Source: Deltaproteobacteria bacterium UBA5205 (GTDB taxonomy: Bacteria > Desulfobacterota > Syntrophorhabdia > Syntrophorhabdales > Syntrophorhabdaceae). From it: DNA of 64,000 bases. A program made the position numbers and the translations under genes. The notes below the pieces were generated by a model. It saw nothing but the letters and a program-made list of their open reading frames with translations, ran no database searches and was not told the DNA's origin. Below are positions 1 to 9,522 of this stretch, in pieces; the first letter of the stretch is position 1; every line of letters starts with the position of its first letter. The DNA lies in contig DHVP01000004.1 in the NCBI GenBank assembly GCA_002412715.1, positions 8,707-72,706 on the forward strand, given 5' to 3'.

Positions 1-21
1 CTTCAAACATGCAAGCCGCCT

Positions 22-930
22 TTATTTTTTTCTCAGGACACAGGTTATCTCGGTAAGGTCGCAACTTTCCTTGCATGGTTCCACGTGCACGATAACATCG
101 GAAAGAGGTATCGTTGTCTTTATCTGGTCCTCGATCCTGTGGGCAAGGGCGTGGGCTTCGTCGATATGAAGCTTTCTGCATGCAAGAAGGTGGAAATCTA
201 TATATTTGTTGCTTCCGGCATGACGGGTCCGCAGTTTATGGAACCCGGCCATAGGGAAGGACATCCCGTTGATTATATCCTTGATCTGGCGCTCTATCTC
301 ATCGGAGAGGCGTGAATCCATGATGCCCGAGATGCTTTCACGGAAGATGTTCACTGCCGAAACGATGATTATTATTCCGGCGACGACGGCAAAAACAAGG
401 TCGAAGAGGATAATACCCGTGTAACGGGCGAGCGCGATTGCCGCTATTGCCCCCGAGTTCGAATAGAGATCGCTCCTGTAATGGAGGGCGTCGGCCTTAA
501 GCGCGGCCGAGCCGGTACGCTTGCCGGTTCTCAGGAGGATTGTTGATATAACAAGACTGAAGACAAGAGAAAGACACATCGCAAAGAAATCGAAGAACGA
601 GTAGGATATGGTCCCTTTGTGAAGGAAGGTTTGCAGCGCCTTGCCGATAATAAACGACCCGGACAGCACGATCACCACAGACTGGAAGACACCCGCAAGA
701 TCTTCCGCCTTGCCGTGACCGTATCGATGCTCGTCATCGGCAGGTTCGGATGCCTTCCCGATGGCATAGAAGTTCATTGCCGACATGAAAACATCGAGAA
801 GGCTGTCGAGGCCGGAAGAAACCACCGTCATGGAGCCCGAAAAAAGCCCTATGGTGACTTTACCCGCGGCAAGAACCAGGGCTGATGCCGCGGCACTGAG
901 AGCTACCTTTTGTTTTATGTCCATAGACAT
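22..930 (-). CDS. Cation diffusion facilitator (CDF) family divalent-metal efflux transporter
   Basis: 302-aa ORF with N-terminal hydrophobic helices followed by a cytoplasmic domain. CDF-typical stretches HRYGHGKAEDLAG and HYRSDLYSN. Recognised by eye. Confidence 0.85.
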   Translation of the reverse strand: MSMDIKQKVALSAAASALVLAAGKVTIGLFSGSMTVVSSGLDSLLDVFMSAMNFYAIGKASEPADDEHRYGHGKAEDLAGVFQSVVIVLSGSFIIGKALQTFLHKGTISYSFFDFFAMCLSLVFSLVISTILLRTGKRTGSAALKADALHYRSDLYSNSGAIAAIALARYTGIILFDLVFAVVAGIIIIVSAVNIFRESISGIMDSRLSDEIERQIKDIINGMSFPMAGFHKLRTRHAGSNKYIDFHLLACRKLHIDEAHALAHRIEDQIKTTIPLSDVIVHVEPCKESCDLTEITCVLRKK

Positions 931-1094
931 GGTTCCATACTATATGCAGAATTCTCGTGGTTGTAAAATGCTTTGGTCAACGAAAGGCGGGCGCTGCGTC
1001 CAAAAGCTTCAACAATTTCAAGGCCGGATGCTCCGGTACGTCATACAGAACACCAACGCTTCCCGTCTTTTAACCCGAAACCCGAAACGTGTTC

Positions 1095-2942
1095 TTAAGG
1101 AAAATCAACGGTGGCTGGCGGAAAATCCGTATTGGGGTAAAGGGGGAGGGCGTTCGACATAAAGTCGATCCATATGGGCAGCGCTGTTGTTCCGCCGGCT
1201 TCCTTGGCGCCGAGATTTGTTTTCTTGTCGTAACCGACCCAAACGGCGCACAGAAGGTTCGGCGAAAATCCGATGAACCAGGCGTCGCGAAAGTCATCGG
1301 TCGTCCCGGTCTTTCCCGCCAGGTAATAGGGCATCTTCGCGGCAGCGCGCGCCGTGCCATGCTTGACGACCCCTTTCATGATATCCACCAGGGTATAGGC
1401 GACCTCCGGTGTTACGACGGGCTCTTCGACGGCCTCTTCGCGGTAGCGTTCCTCGCCATCGAGGGTCGTGATGGCCTTTACGGATATCGGCTGGACGTAT
1501 GCTCCTCCGCGGGCGAAGGTGCTGTAGGCCGCGGCGAGTTCAATGGGAGCGATCTCGGTGGTTCCGAGGGCAAGGGAAAGATTCGGTTCGAATCTGCTCG
1601 TAATATGGAGCTGTTTTGCCATGTCGATGACATTTTCGAGGCCTACCTGCTCGAGGAGCCGCACCGTCGCCGTGTTGAGTGAAAGCTCCAGCGCTTTTCG
1701 CATCGTAACGTCGCCATGATATTCGTTGCCGTAATTTCTCGGGCTCCAGCCCACTCCGGTATACGGGTTGGTATAAGTCAGCGGGGAATCCCTCAGCGTG
1801 CTGTTCGGGGTATACCCCTGCTCCAGCGCAGTCAGATAGATGATCGGCTTAAAGGACGAACCGGGTTGCCTTTTTGCCTGCACAGCCCTGTTATATGGCG
1901 ATTGCGAAAAGTCCCTTCCACCGACGATCACCTTCAGTTCCCCTGTCTTGACCTCCATGGCGACAAGGGCGACCTCGGGCAGTTCCTTGACGCCGGGATG
2001 ACGTTTTTTGTAGGCCTCCATGCCTTTCTCGATGGCGTCGTAGGCATACTGCACCATCTTGAGGTTCAAGGTGGTCTTTACGTTGAAACCACTGGTGAAT
2101 ATCTCCTGGGCCTGCTCGACATACTCCTCCAGCACCTGCTTCACATAGTCCGTGAAATATCCCGTTCTTTTCTCGTAGGTCTTGAACGGCGCAATGGCAA
2201 GGGTCGTTTGGATTGCCTTTGTGTATCGTGCCTTGTCAATGAAACCGGCCTCATGCATCTTTCTGAGGACCGTGTTACGCCGGTCCACCGTCCTGGCGGC
2301 GTTCTTATAGGGAGAAAGCCGTGAAGGCGATTTTGTGAGTGCCGCCAGCATTGCCGACTCTTCCAGGGTGAGGTCCCTGGCTTTCTTGTGGAAATAAGTG
2401 TATGCCGCGGCCTCGACGCCGTGCGCCCCCTCACCGAGGTAGATAAGGTTGAGGTACATGTTGAGTATCTCGTCCTTGGAATAGGTTCTCTCTATCTGGA
2501 TGGCGAGGATGGCCTCCTCGATCTTTCGCTTATAGGTCCTCTGAGGCGTCAGGTAGAGGTTCCGGGCAAGCTGCTGCGTTATGGTCGATGCACCTTCCGT
2601 AATACCTTTTTTTATAAGGTTGCGGACAAATGCCCGTCCGATGCCGCGGATGTCGACACCGAAATGATTGTAAAAACGTACGTCCTCGATGGCGACAAAA
2701 GCGAGCCTGAGGTGCCGGGGCATGTCAGTCAGCGGGATGGGTATCCTTTTCTCGACGTAGAGCTCCGCAAAAAGTGTTCCGTCGTCTGCGTAAATTCGTG
2801 TAGCCGATTTGGGCCGGTAGCTTTCGAGCTGCTTTACATCGGGGATCTCAAGATAGTTAACAAGGCCGTATCCCAGACCCACGCCGAAGATCATGGGCAG
2901 CATGATGAGGATGACCGCAAATTTGATAATCCTTGAATACAT
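1095..2942 (-). CDS. mrcA: Penicillin-binding protein 1A (bifunctional transglycosylase/transpeptidase)
   Basis: GT51 motifs EDVRFYNHFGVD and RKIEEAILA, then transpeptidase SSFKP, SLN and KTGTT. The ORF track runs to 3113, but the ATG at 2942 (MYSRIIKFAVILIML membrane anchor) avoids overlapping miaA. Confidence 0.9.
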   Translation of the reverse strand: MYSRIIKFAVILIMLPMIFGVGLGYGLVNYLEIPDVKQLESYRPKSATRIYADDGTLFAELYVEKRIPIPLTDMPRHLRLAFVAIEDVRFYNHFGVDIRGIGRAFVRNLIKKGITEGASTITQQLARNLYLTPQRTYKRKIEEAILAIQIERTYSKDEILNMYLNLIYLGEGAHGVEAAAYTYFHKKARDLTLEESAMLAALTKSPSRLSPYKNAARTVDRRNTVLRKMHEAGFIDKARYTKAIQTTLAIAPFKTYEKRTGYFTDYVKQVLEEYVEQAQEIFTSGFNVKTTLNLKMVQYAYDAIEKGMEAYKKRHPGVKELPEVALVAMEVKTGELKVIVGGRDFSQSPYNRAVQAKRQPGSSFKPIIYLTALEQGYTPNSTLRDSPLTYTNPYTGVGWSPRNYGNEYHGDVTMRKALELSLNTATVRLLEQVGLENVIDMAKQLHITSRFEPNLSLALGTTEIAPIELAAAYSTFARGGAYVQPISVKAITTLDGEERYREEAVEEPVVTPEVAYTLVDIMKGVVKHGTARAAAKMPYYLAGKTGTTDDFRDAWFIGFSPNLLCAVWVGYDKKTNLGAKEAGGTTALPIWIDFMSNALPLYPNTDFPPATVDFP

Positions 2943-2985
2943 CCGGGGGTTATTATACTGTATATCATTTATGTTATCAAACAGG

Positions 2986-3900
2986 ATGAAGCTCGTTGCC
3001 ATAGGCGGGCCGACGTGTACGGGCAAATCGGAACTGGCGGTCATCGTCGCCGAACGCTTCGGCGGAGAGATCGTCAACGGCGATTCCCTGCAGGTGTACC
3101 GCCACTTCGACATAGGGACGGCGAAACCTGATGCCGACGCCCGCAGGGTCGTTCCCCATCATCTCATCGACATTATCGATCCCGATGAGGAGTTTAACGC
3201 CGCCCTTTTCCAGGAGAGGGCCGACCGGGCCATCGTGGATATCAGCACACGGGGGAGACTGCCCATCATTGTCGGCGGGACCGGTCTTTACCTCAAGGCC
3301 CTCTTCTACGGGCTTTTTCCCGCGAAGAGAGACGACGCCCTGCGGGAGAAGCTCCGCGGCGACTACGCCCTTGACCCCATCTCTTTCTATGAAAGACTCA
3401 AGGAGGTCGATCCGGCATATGCCCTGAGGATCAGCTTCCGGGACCGTATACGGGCCGTCCGCGCCATGGAGATATATCTCCTGGAAGGAAAGCCCTTTTC
3501 GGAACTTGAGAAGGAGCACGGCTTCCGGGAGCCGAGATATGACATATGCAATATCGGCCTCATGGCCGAGCGCGGGGAGCTGTATCGAAGGATCGACGAC
3601 AGGGTACTCGCCATGCTTGCCAGGGGTCTCGTTGAAGAGGTAAAGTCTATTCTGGCGAGGGGATACACGAGGGAACTCAAGCCTTTTTCCAGCATCGGGT
3701 ACCGCGAAGTCCTGCATTATCTTAGTGGTTCCATTGGATATGAAGATATGGTAAAAGATATACAGAAAAATACCCGACATTATGCCAAAAGGCAATTCAC
3801 CTGGTTTGCAAAAGAACGAGATATGCAATGGTTCGAGTATCCCCGTGAACTGGACGGGATAGTCGACAGGATATCGGAGTTTGTGGATCGATGGAACTAA
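2986..3900 (+). CDS. miaA: tRNA dimethylallyltransferase
   Basis: P-loop GPTCTGKSELA, then SLQVYRHFDIGTAKP and a YAKRQFTWF tail. The ATG at 2986 (MKLVAIGGP) gives the canonical N-terminus; the ORF track start is 2893. Confidence 0.9.
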   Translation: MKLVAIGGPTCTGKSELAVIVAERFGGEIVNGDSLQVYRHFDIGTAKPDADARRVVPHHLIDIIDPDEEFNAALFQERADRAIVDISTRGRLPIIVGGTGLYLKALFYGLFPAKRDDALREKLRGDYALDPISFYERLKEVDPAYALRISFRDRIRAVRAMEIYLLEGKPFSELEKEHGFREPRYDICNIGLMAERGELYRRIDDRVLAMLARGLVEEVKSILARGYTRELKPFSSIGYREVLHYLSGSIGYEDMVKDIQKNTRHYAKRQFTWFAKERDMQWFEYPRELDGIVDRISEFVDRWN

Positions 3901-4409
3901 AGAACATAATAGAGGCGGTGCTTTTTTCTTCGCCGAGGCCCGTGACGGTGAAACAGGTCGCGCGGCGGCTTGAGGAATTTCCTGTTCAGGAGATCGAAGA
4001 GGCCTTTCGTGCGCTGATAGGAGAGTTCGCCGACCCCGGACGGTCAGTTGAGATAGCCGAGGTTGCCGGCGGATTCCAGATGAGAACCAAGGTGGCCTAC
4101 CGCGACTACGTCAAGCGTTTTGTCAGGGAAAAAGACGTTGGGCTTTCCCGGCCGATGCTCGAAACGCTTTCCATCATCGCCTACAAACAGCCTGTAACGA
4201 AAAAAGAGATCGACGTGGTGCGCGGCGTCGATTCAGCGCGGGCCTTAAGGCACCTCCTGGAGCGAAAGCTCGTCGAGATGGCCGGACGCAACGGCGATGC
4301 GGGAAAGCGCATCGTCTTCAGGACCACACCGAGGTTCCTGGAAGTCTACGGGTTGAAGGGCCTTGAAGATTTGCCGACATACAAAGAGATCGAATCGCTG
4401 GAAGGATAG
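3891..4409 (+). CDS. scpB: Segregation and condensation protein B
   Basis: 172-aa ORF with ScpB-like IIEAVLFSSPRPVTVKQV and SRPMLETLSIIAYKQPVTKKEID winged-helix repeats. Overlaps the miaA stop by 10 nt. Confidence 0.85.
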   Translation: MELKNIIEAVLFSSPRPVTVKQVARRLEEFPVQEIEEAFRALIGEFADPGRSVEIAEVAGGFQMRTKVAYRDYVKRFVREKDVGLSRPMLETLSIIAYKQPVTKKEIDVVRGVDSARALRHLLERKLVEMAGRNGDAGKRIVFRTTPRFLEVYGLKGLEDLPTYKEIESLEG

Positions 4410-4418
4410 GAGGACACC

Positions 4419-5453
4419 ATGGATATTTCAGAACTGCTGGGTTTTGCACTTGAGAGCGGAGGATCGGATTTGCACATCAGCGCGGGAGAGCCCCCCGTGA
4501 TCAGGATCCATGGCGAGATGACCAAGGTGGATCTGCCGGCCCTCGATAAAGAGGACGTGCATAACATGATCTACGACATTCTGAGCGATTTTCAGCGAAA
4601 GGTCTTCGAGGAACACCTCGAACTCGACTTTTCCTTCGGTCTTGGCGATCTGGCCCGTTTCAGGGTCAATGTTTTCAAGCAGCATCGCGGAGAATCAGCC
4701 GTCTTCAGGACCATCCCAAACAAGATACCGACCTTTGACCAGCTCAGTCTGCCGCGGGTCTTCAAAGACATCGCCGGTTTGGAAAAGGGCCTTGTCCTCG
4801 TCACCGGTCCGACGGGCAGCGGCAAATCAACGACTCTGGCTGCGATAATCGACTATATCAACGATACAGTGAAGGAACATATCCTCACCATCGAAGACCC
4901 CATAGAGTTCCTCCACATCTCCAAGAAGTGCCTTTTGAATCAGCGCGAACTGGGGCCGCATACCAAGAGTTTTGGCGCCGCCCTGCGAAGCGCTCTGCGT
5001 GAAGACCCCGATGTGATCCTCGTCGGCGAAATGAGGGACCTGGAGACGATTCAGCTTGCCCTGACGGCTGCTGAAACAGGCCACCTTGTCTTCGCCACCC
5101 TCCACACCAGTTCGGCTCCCGATACGGTAGACAGGGTTATCGATGTCTTTCCCGCCGGGCAGCAAAACCAGGTGCGCTCCATGCTTTCGGGTTCTCTCCA
5201 GGCAGTCATCTCGCAGGCCCTTTTCAAGAGGCGCGACGGTAAGGGGAGGGTCGCCGGTTTCGAGGTAATGATAGCCACCCCGGCCATCCGGAACCTCATC
5301 AGGGAAAACAAGATCGCCCAGATACCATCGATGATCCAGACGAGCAAAGGCATCGGCATGCAGACGATGGAAGCGGCATGCAACGAGCTCATAGCGAAGA
5401 ATCTTGTGACGAGAGACGAAGTGTCGTTCTATCTCAGCAGCTCAATGAGGTGA
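4419..5453 (+). CDS. pilT: Type IV pilus twitching-motility retraction ATPase PilT
   Basis: Walker A GPTGSGKST, LVGEMRD, ATLHT and AIRNLIRE motifs. A GGAGG RBS lies upstream. Confidence 0.9.
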   Translation: MDISELLGFALESGGSDLHISAGEPPVIRIHGEMTKVDLPALDKEDVHNMIYDILSDFQRKVFEEHLELDFSFGLGDLARFRVNVFKQHRGESAVFRTIPNKIPTFDQLSLPRVFKDIAGLEKGLVLVTGPTGSGKSTTLAAIIDYINDTVKEHILTIEDPIEFLHISKKCLLNQRELGPHTKSFGAALRSALREDPDVILVGEMRDLETIQLALTAAETGHLVFATLHTSSAPDTVDRVIDVFPAGQQNQVRSMLSGSLQAVISQALFKRRDGKGRVAGFEVMIATPAIRNLIRENKIAQIPSMIQTSKGIGMQTMEAACNELIAKNLVTRDEVSFYLSSSMR

Positions 5454-5456
5454 TCC

Positions 5457-6572
5457 ATGGACATCATCAATGAGTACCTGAAGTACATGGTCGAGAAGGA
5501 TGCATCGGATATCTATTTTACCGTGGGTGTGCCGCCGGCGTTCCGCATCGAAGGAATCGTCTCTCTCTATGGAGACAAGCCGCTCACCGCGGAAGACACA
5601 AAGAATTTTGCCTACGCCATCATGAACGAACGCCAGCAGAAAAAATTCGAAGAAGAGATGGAGATGAACCTTGCCATTTTTCAGCCGGAATATGGCAGGT
5701 TCAGGGTCAACGTATTCAGGCAGAAAAGCTTCATCGGCCTCGTTATCCGCCAGATCAAGCTTACGATCAAGACCATCGATGACTGGAACCTGCCGACAGT
5801 CATGAAAGACATCTGCATGTCGAAACGCGGCCTCGTCCTTGTCGTCGGCGCCACGGGCAGCGGTAAATCAACGACACTGGCGGCTCTTATCGACTATCGC
5901 AACTCCAATCAGGCGGGTCACATCATTACCATAGAGGACCCCGTGGAGTTTGTTCATCAGCACAAAATGAGCGTTGTTACCCAGAGGGAGGTCGGCTTCG
6001 ACACGCTGAGCTTCTACAACGCCCTCAAGAATACTCTGCGCCAGGCTCCGGACGTCATCCTCATCGGCGAGATCAGGGACGCCGAGACGATGGAAGACGC
6101 CATTACCTTTGCGGAAACCGGCCATCTCTGTCTTGCCACGCTTCACGCCAACAACGCCAACCAGGCCCTCGAAAGGATCCTCAACTTCTTTCCCACAGAA
6201 CGCCATCTGCAGATCTACATGCAGCTTTCGCTCAATATACGGGCCATCGTATCCCAGAGGCTCATTCCGACCATCGAGGGCAAGCGCGTCGCGGCCATCG
6301 AGATACTCCTCGATAGTCCCAGGGTAAAAGACCTCATCTTGAAGGGCGAGATAACCCTCCTGAAAGAGACGATGGCGGAATCTTACTTCGAAGGAATGCA
6401 GACCTTCGACCAGCATATCTTCGATATGTACCAGGCCGGCCTTCTCAACCTCGACAATGCCGTCGCCTACGCCGACAGCCCCAACGACGTCCGGCTCAAG
6501 ATCAAGATGGCGGAAATGAAGCCCGACGATGCGGCCGAAAAGAAGGATTCCGGCCTGAGACTCAAGCTTTAG
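5457..6572 (+). CDS. pilU: PilT-family ATPase, PilU-like
   Basis: GATGSGKST, IGEIRD, ATLHANNANQALERI and a C-terminal DVRLKIKM tail as in PilU. Lies directly downstream of pilT. Confidence 0.8.
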   Translation: MDIINEYLKYMVEKDASDIYFTVGVPPAFRIEGIVSLYGDKPLTAEDTKNFAYAIMNERQQKKFEEEMEMNLAIFQPEYGRFRVNVFRQKSFIGLVIRQIKLTIKTIDDWNLPTVMKDICMSKRGLVLVVGATGSGKSTTLAALIDYRNSNQAGHIITIEDPVEFVHQHKMSVVTQREVGFDTLSFYNALKNTLRQAPDVILIGEIRDAETMEDAITFAETGHLCLATLHANNANQALERILNFFPTERHLQIYMQLSLNIRAIVSQRLIPTIEGKRVAAIEILLDSPRVKDLILKGEITLLKETMAESYFEGMQTFDQHIFDMYQAGLLNLDNAVAYADSPNDVRLKIKMAEMKPDDAAEKKDSGLRLKL

Positions 6573-6768
6573 CCGTTTTCGCAAAGACCTGCACCTCAAA
6601 ACGCTACAGCGCCGCCGACCCGAGGAGGGATGGACTGGCGGCAGGGTACTAAACCATCTCGACAACTGTCTCACACCCGCTTCGCCAGGGATCGCAGTGA
6701 GATCTTTCCTTAATTCTCCGTGAGCTTGAGAGGGGAGCGAAGGGACGAACGGGCGCGAAGCAGTTTCT

Positions 6769-7335
6769 TTATTGCCTCTTCGTTTCCAGATGATAAACGT
6801 AAAAGGCAGAGGATTCGAGGGCGCTGGTCAGCATGTAGGCTTCCTCCAGGGTACTGCCGCGGGCGAAGCTGCCGTGGGCCCTGACCATGACGACCCTGTT
6901 GTCTTTCAGGGCTTCGCTAACGAGGTACGCGGCTTCCGCGGAAGCGATGGGATTCTGTGGGGCTACGACGGGAACACGTTTCAGGTGATAGGAACCTTCG
7001 GAGTCCACGGGGACGATCTCGCCGCTCATGGAAAGAAGGGTTGCGTAGGGAGGGTGAGCGTGTACCACGGCACGTGCACCGGTGTTGAGGTAAATGGCAC
7101 GGTGAACTATGTATTCCGATGATGCGTTGAGGATGCCAGGGTCGTCATCGCGCTGGAGGTCCACTTCGACTATATTTGCGGTGGACAGGCGGCTCGTCAT
7201 GGAGCCCTTTCCCGTGATGTAGACAGTCGAGGCGACCCGGACACTGATGTTTCCCGCATGGGAACTTACCAGACCCCGCAGGAACATATCCCGTCCGATA
7301 TCGACAAATTGCTTGGCTGTGGCAGGGTCGAGCAT
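6769..7335 (-). CDS. Class II aldolase/adducin-domain protein (FucA/MtnB-like)
   Basis: 188 aa. Contains SHAGNISVR and the metal-ligand region VHRAIY...VVHAHPPYAT typical of class II aldolases. Confidence 0.75.
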   Translation of the reverse strand: MLDPATAKQFVDIGRDMFLRGLVSSHAGNISVRVASTVYITGKGSMTSRLSTANIVEVDLQRDDDPGILNASSEYIVHRAIYLNTGARAVVHAHPPYATLLSMSGEIVPVDSEGSYHLKRVPVVAPQNPIASAEAAYLVSEALKDNRVVMVRAHGSFARGSTLEEAYMLTSALESSAFYVYHLETKRQ

Positions 7336-7419
7336 TGCATTTGTTTTCTAACACAAAATCGCGGACCTGTGAAGGAAAAGAATTCCTCGCGCACGGCCCT
7401 CATCGCCTGTTGTTTTGAC

Positions 7420-7448
7420 TTGAACCTCCTTTTGGGTTGTTTTATACT
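7420..7448 (+). promoter_or_regulatory. Candidate sigma70-type promoter for the LsrF-like gene
   Basis: TTGAAC (7420-7425), a 17-nt spacer, then TATACT (7443-7448). An AAGGAG RBS precedes the ATG at 7485. Confidence 0.35.
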
Positions 7449-7484
7449 CTGCGCAGCAAACTTCACGATAGAAAAGGAGAAAAA

Positions 7485-8366
7485 ATGGCTGACATGGATG
7501 GGATTAAAGAAGCCAAGAATTTTTATACGGACAGGCCACAGGAATGCGAGGGGTTCTTTCTGAAAGGCTCCAATTCGCTGGACTGGGGTATCAAGAACAG
7601 GCTGGCGAGAATATTCAACCCGGTGTCCGGCCGGACGGTCATGCTTGCCATCGACCACGGATATTTCCAGGGGCCGACAACGGGTCTCGAGCGTGTGGAT
7701 ATAAATATTCTTCCCCTGGTGCCTTATGCGGATACGCTCATGCTGACGCGGGGGATACTGCGGAGCGTCGTTCCGCCATCGATATCGAAGGCGATCGTCC
7801 TGAGGGTCTCCGGGGGCGCGAGCATTCTCAAGGAACTGTCCAACGAAGATATAGCTGTGGACATCGAGGAGTCCATCCGCCTCAACGTGTGCGCCATGGC
7901 GGTTCAGGTCTTTATCGGCGGGGAATACGAGAAACAGTCGATCATTAACATGACCCGCATGGTTGATATCGGCAACCGCTACGGCATTCCAACCCTGGCG
8001 GTGACTGCCGTGGGAAAGGACATGGCCCGCGATGCAAAGTATTTCCAACTGGCATGCCGCATATGCGCCGAACTGGGTGCCCATTACATCAAGACCTACT
8101 ACGTGGAAAAGGATTTCGATACCGTCACATCATCCTGCCCCGTACCCATCGTCATGGCGGGCGGCAAGAAGATACCCGAACTCGAAGCGCTGACCATGGC
8201 CTATAACGCCGTGCAGCAGGGGGCCTCCGGGGTGGACATGGGGCGCAATATCTTCCAGTCTGAGGCACCCATCGCCATGATCCAGGCCGTAGGCGCCGTC
8301 GTTCATGAGAACGCGACCCCGGCTTCCGCTTTTGACCTTTATAACAGTCTGAAAAACAAGGGATGA
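7485..8366 (+). CDS. LsrF/DhnA-type class I aldolase family protein (3-hydroxy-5-phosphonooxypentane-2,4-dione thiolase-like)
   Basis: [52 protein letters not shown], with the Schiff-base lysine context YIKTYY and [14 protein letters not shown]. Closely resembles my recollection of E. coli LsrF. Start taken at the RBS-preceded ATG at 7485. Confidence 0.8.
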   Translation: MADMDGIKEAKNFYTDRPQECEGFFLKGSNSLDWGIKNRLARIFNPVSGRTVMLAIDHGYFQGPTTGLERVDINILPLVPYADTLMLTRGILRSVVPPSISKAIVLRVSGGASILKELSNEDIAVDIEESIRLNVCAMAVQVFIGGEYEKQSIINMTRMVDIGNRYGIPTLAVTAVGKDMARDAKYFQLACRICAELGAHYIKTYYVEKDFDTVTSSCPVPIVMAGGKKIPELEALTMAYNAVQQGASGVDMGRNIFQSEAPIAMIQAVGAVVHENATPASAFDLYNSLKNKG

Positions 8367-8391
8367 CAGTCTCTTCGCGCGAGGGATAGCC

Positions 8392-9405
8392 ATAAAAGTC
8401 TCATACTGGTACAACAATCAGGATATTCGGATCGAAGACGTCCCCACACCTGTTCCCGGTCCACGGGAGATGCTGGTAAAGGTCCACGCCTGCGGCATCT
8501 GCGGAAGCGACATCGTCGAATGGTATCGCCTTCCCCGGGCGCCGCTCGTCCAGGGCCATGAAATAGGAGCCGAGGTGGTGGCAGCCGGTGAAGAGGTGGA
8601 CAGGTATAAACCCGGCGACAGGGTTTTCATTCCCCCCAAGATACCCTGCGGAAACTGCCTCTATTGCGCGAATGGGCATTATCCCCAGTGCACACAAATC
8701 AAGGAACGGCTGCCGGGCGGCTTCGCTGAGTACATCCTGGTTCCAGAGATTTTCGTACGGCAGGGAACGTATCCGCTGCCGGAGAGGGTCACCTACGATC
8801 AGAGTACATTCATAGAACCCCTGGCCTGTGCGGTCAGGGCTCAGCGGTTGGCGGGGGTAAAGAAAGATAACAGCGTCCTGGTGATAGGCTGCGGGATGTC
8901 AGGTCTCCTTCATATAAAGCTTGCCGCGGCACGTGGCTGCAAGGTCATCGCCGTCGACGTGAATCGGATGAAGCTGGATGTCGCCGCGCGAACAGGCGCC
9001 GCTTCTGTCATCGACGGTGCCGGTGACGTGGCGGAGCGCCTGACCGGTGAACAAGGAAGGAAGGCGGATACGGTGCTGCTTTGCTCTTCGGCCCGTCAGG
9101 CCGTGGCACAGGCCTGGAGATGCGTCGACAAGGGCGGAACGATCGTTCTCTTCGCCGTCCCCGGACCGGAAGAAAAGGTCGTTGTTCCCGTCAACGATTA
9201 CTGGATGAAAGAGATCACCATCCTGACCTCATACTACTGCGGCCCCCCGGATATCGCCGAGGCAATGAATTTGATCGAATCCGGCGATATCATCGTAGAC
9301 GACCTGATAACCCACCGCCTTCCTCTGGGCGACATTGCCAAAGGTTTCGCATTGGTCTCCGACGGCCGTGAATCCATCAAAGTAATCATCAAACCGCATC
9401 AATAA
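8392..9405 (+). CDS. Zinc-dependent medium-chain alcohol/polyol dehydrogenase
   Basis: Catalytic and structural zinc motifs ACGICGSD, GHE and CGNCLYCANGHYPQC, plus Rossmann VLVIGCGMSGL. The first ATG (8470) would remove the N-terminal beta strand. The open frame continues upstream to 8353 with no ATG/GTG/TTG. A GAGGGA RBS precedes an ATA at 8392, so the start is uncertain. Confidence 0.8.
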   Translation: MKVSYWYNNQDIRIEDVPTPVPGPREMLVKVHACGICGSDIVEWYRLPRAPLVQGHEIGAEVVAAGEEVDRYKPGDRVFIPPKIPCGNCLYCANGHYPQCTQIKERLPGGFAEYILVPEIFVRQGTYPLPERVTYDQSTFIEPLACAVRAQRLAGVKKDNSVLVIGCGMSGLLHIKLAAARGCKVIAVDVNRMKLDVAARTGAASVIDGAGDVAERLTGEQGRKADTVLLCSSARQAVAQAWRCVDKGGTIVLFAVPGPEEKVVVPVNDYWMKEITILTSYYCGPPDIAEAMNLIESGDIIVDDLITHRLPLGDIAKGFALVSDGRESIKVIIKPHQ

Positions 9406-9421
9406 AAGAACAAAATCAAAT

Positions 9422-9452
9422 TATAGGTCCTATAAGTCGTATTAGACCTATA
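9422..9452. repeat. Palindromic intergenic repeat, copy 1 (TATAGGTC-N15-GACCTATA)
   Basis: The 30-mer ataggtcctataagtcgtattagacctata (9423-9452) matches 16489-16518 at 29 of 30 positions. It lies between the convergent ADH and folK genes. Confidence 0.7.
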
Positions 9453-9488
9453 TAATTCTTCCAAGGACCAACACTCTCATTACTTGAT

Positions 9489-9511
9489 CCCGGTTGGGTA
9501 TGCCAACCAGG
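9489..9511. terminator. Possible bidirectional hairpin terminator between ADH and folK
   Basis: cccGGTTGGgtatgCCAACCagg hairpin followed by TTTACTG. The stem and T-run are both weak. Confidence 0.3.
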
Positions 9512-9522
9512 TTTACTGATCG

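Noticed and set aside
2977-3828. 283-aa minus-strand ORF opposite miaA; plus-strand ORFs 1089-1682, 1716-2324 and 2388-2936 opposite the PBP1A gene
   Set aside because: The opposite strand encodes proteins with unmistakable MiaA and PBP1A motifs. These ORFs have an implausible composition rich in Arg, Gly and Pro.
5868-6674. 268-aa minus-strand ORF opposite pilU, and 272-aa ORF 7266-8084 opposite the LsrF-like gene
   Set aside because: These are antisense to well-supported genes, and I recognise no motifs in them.
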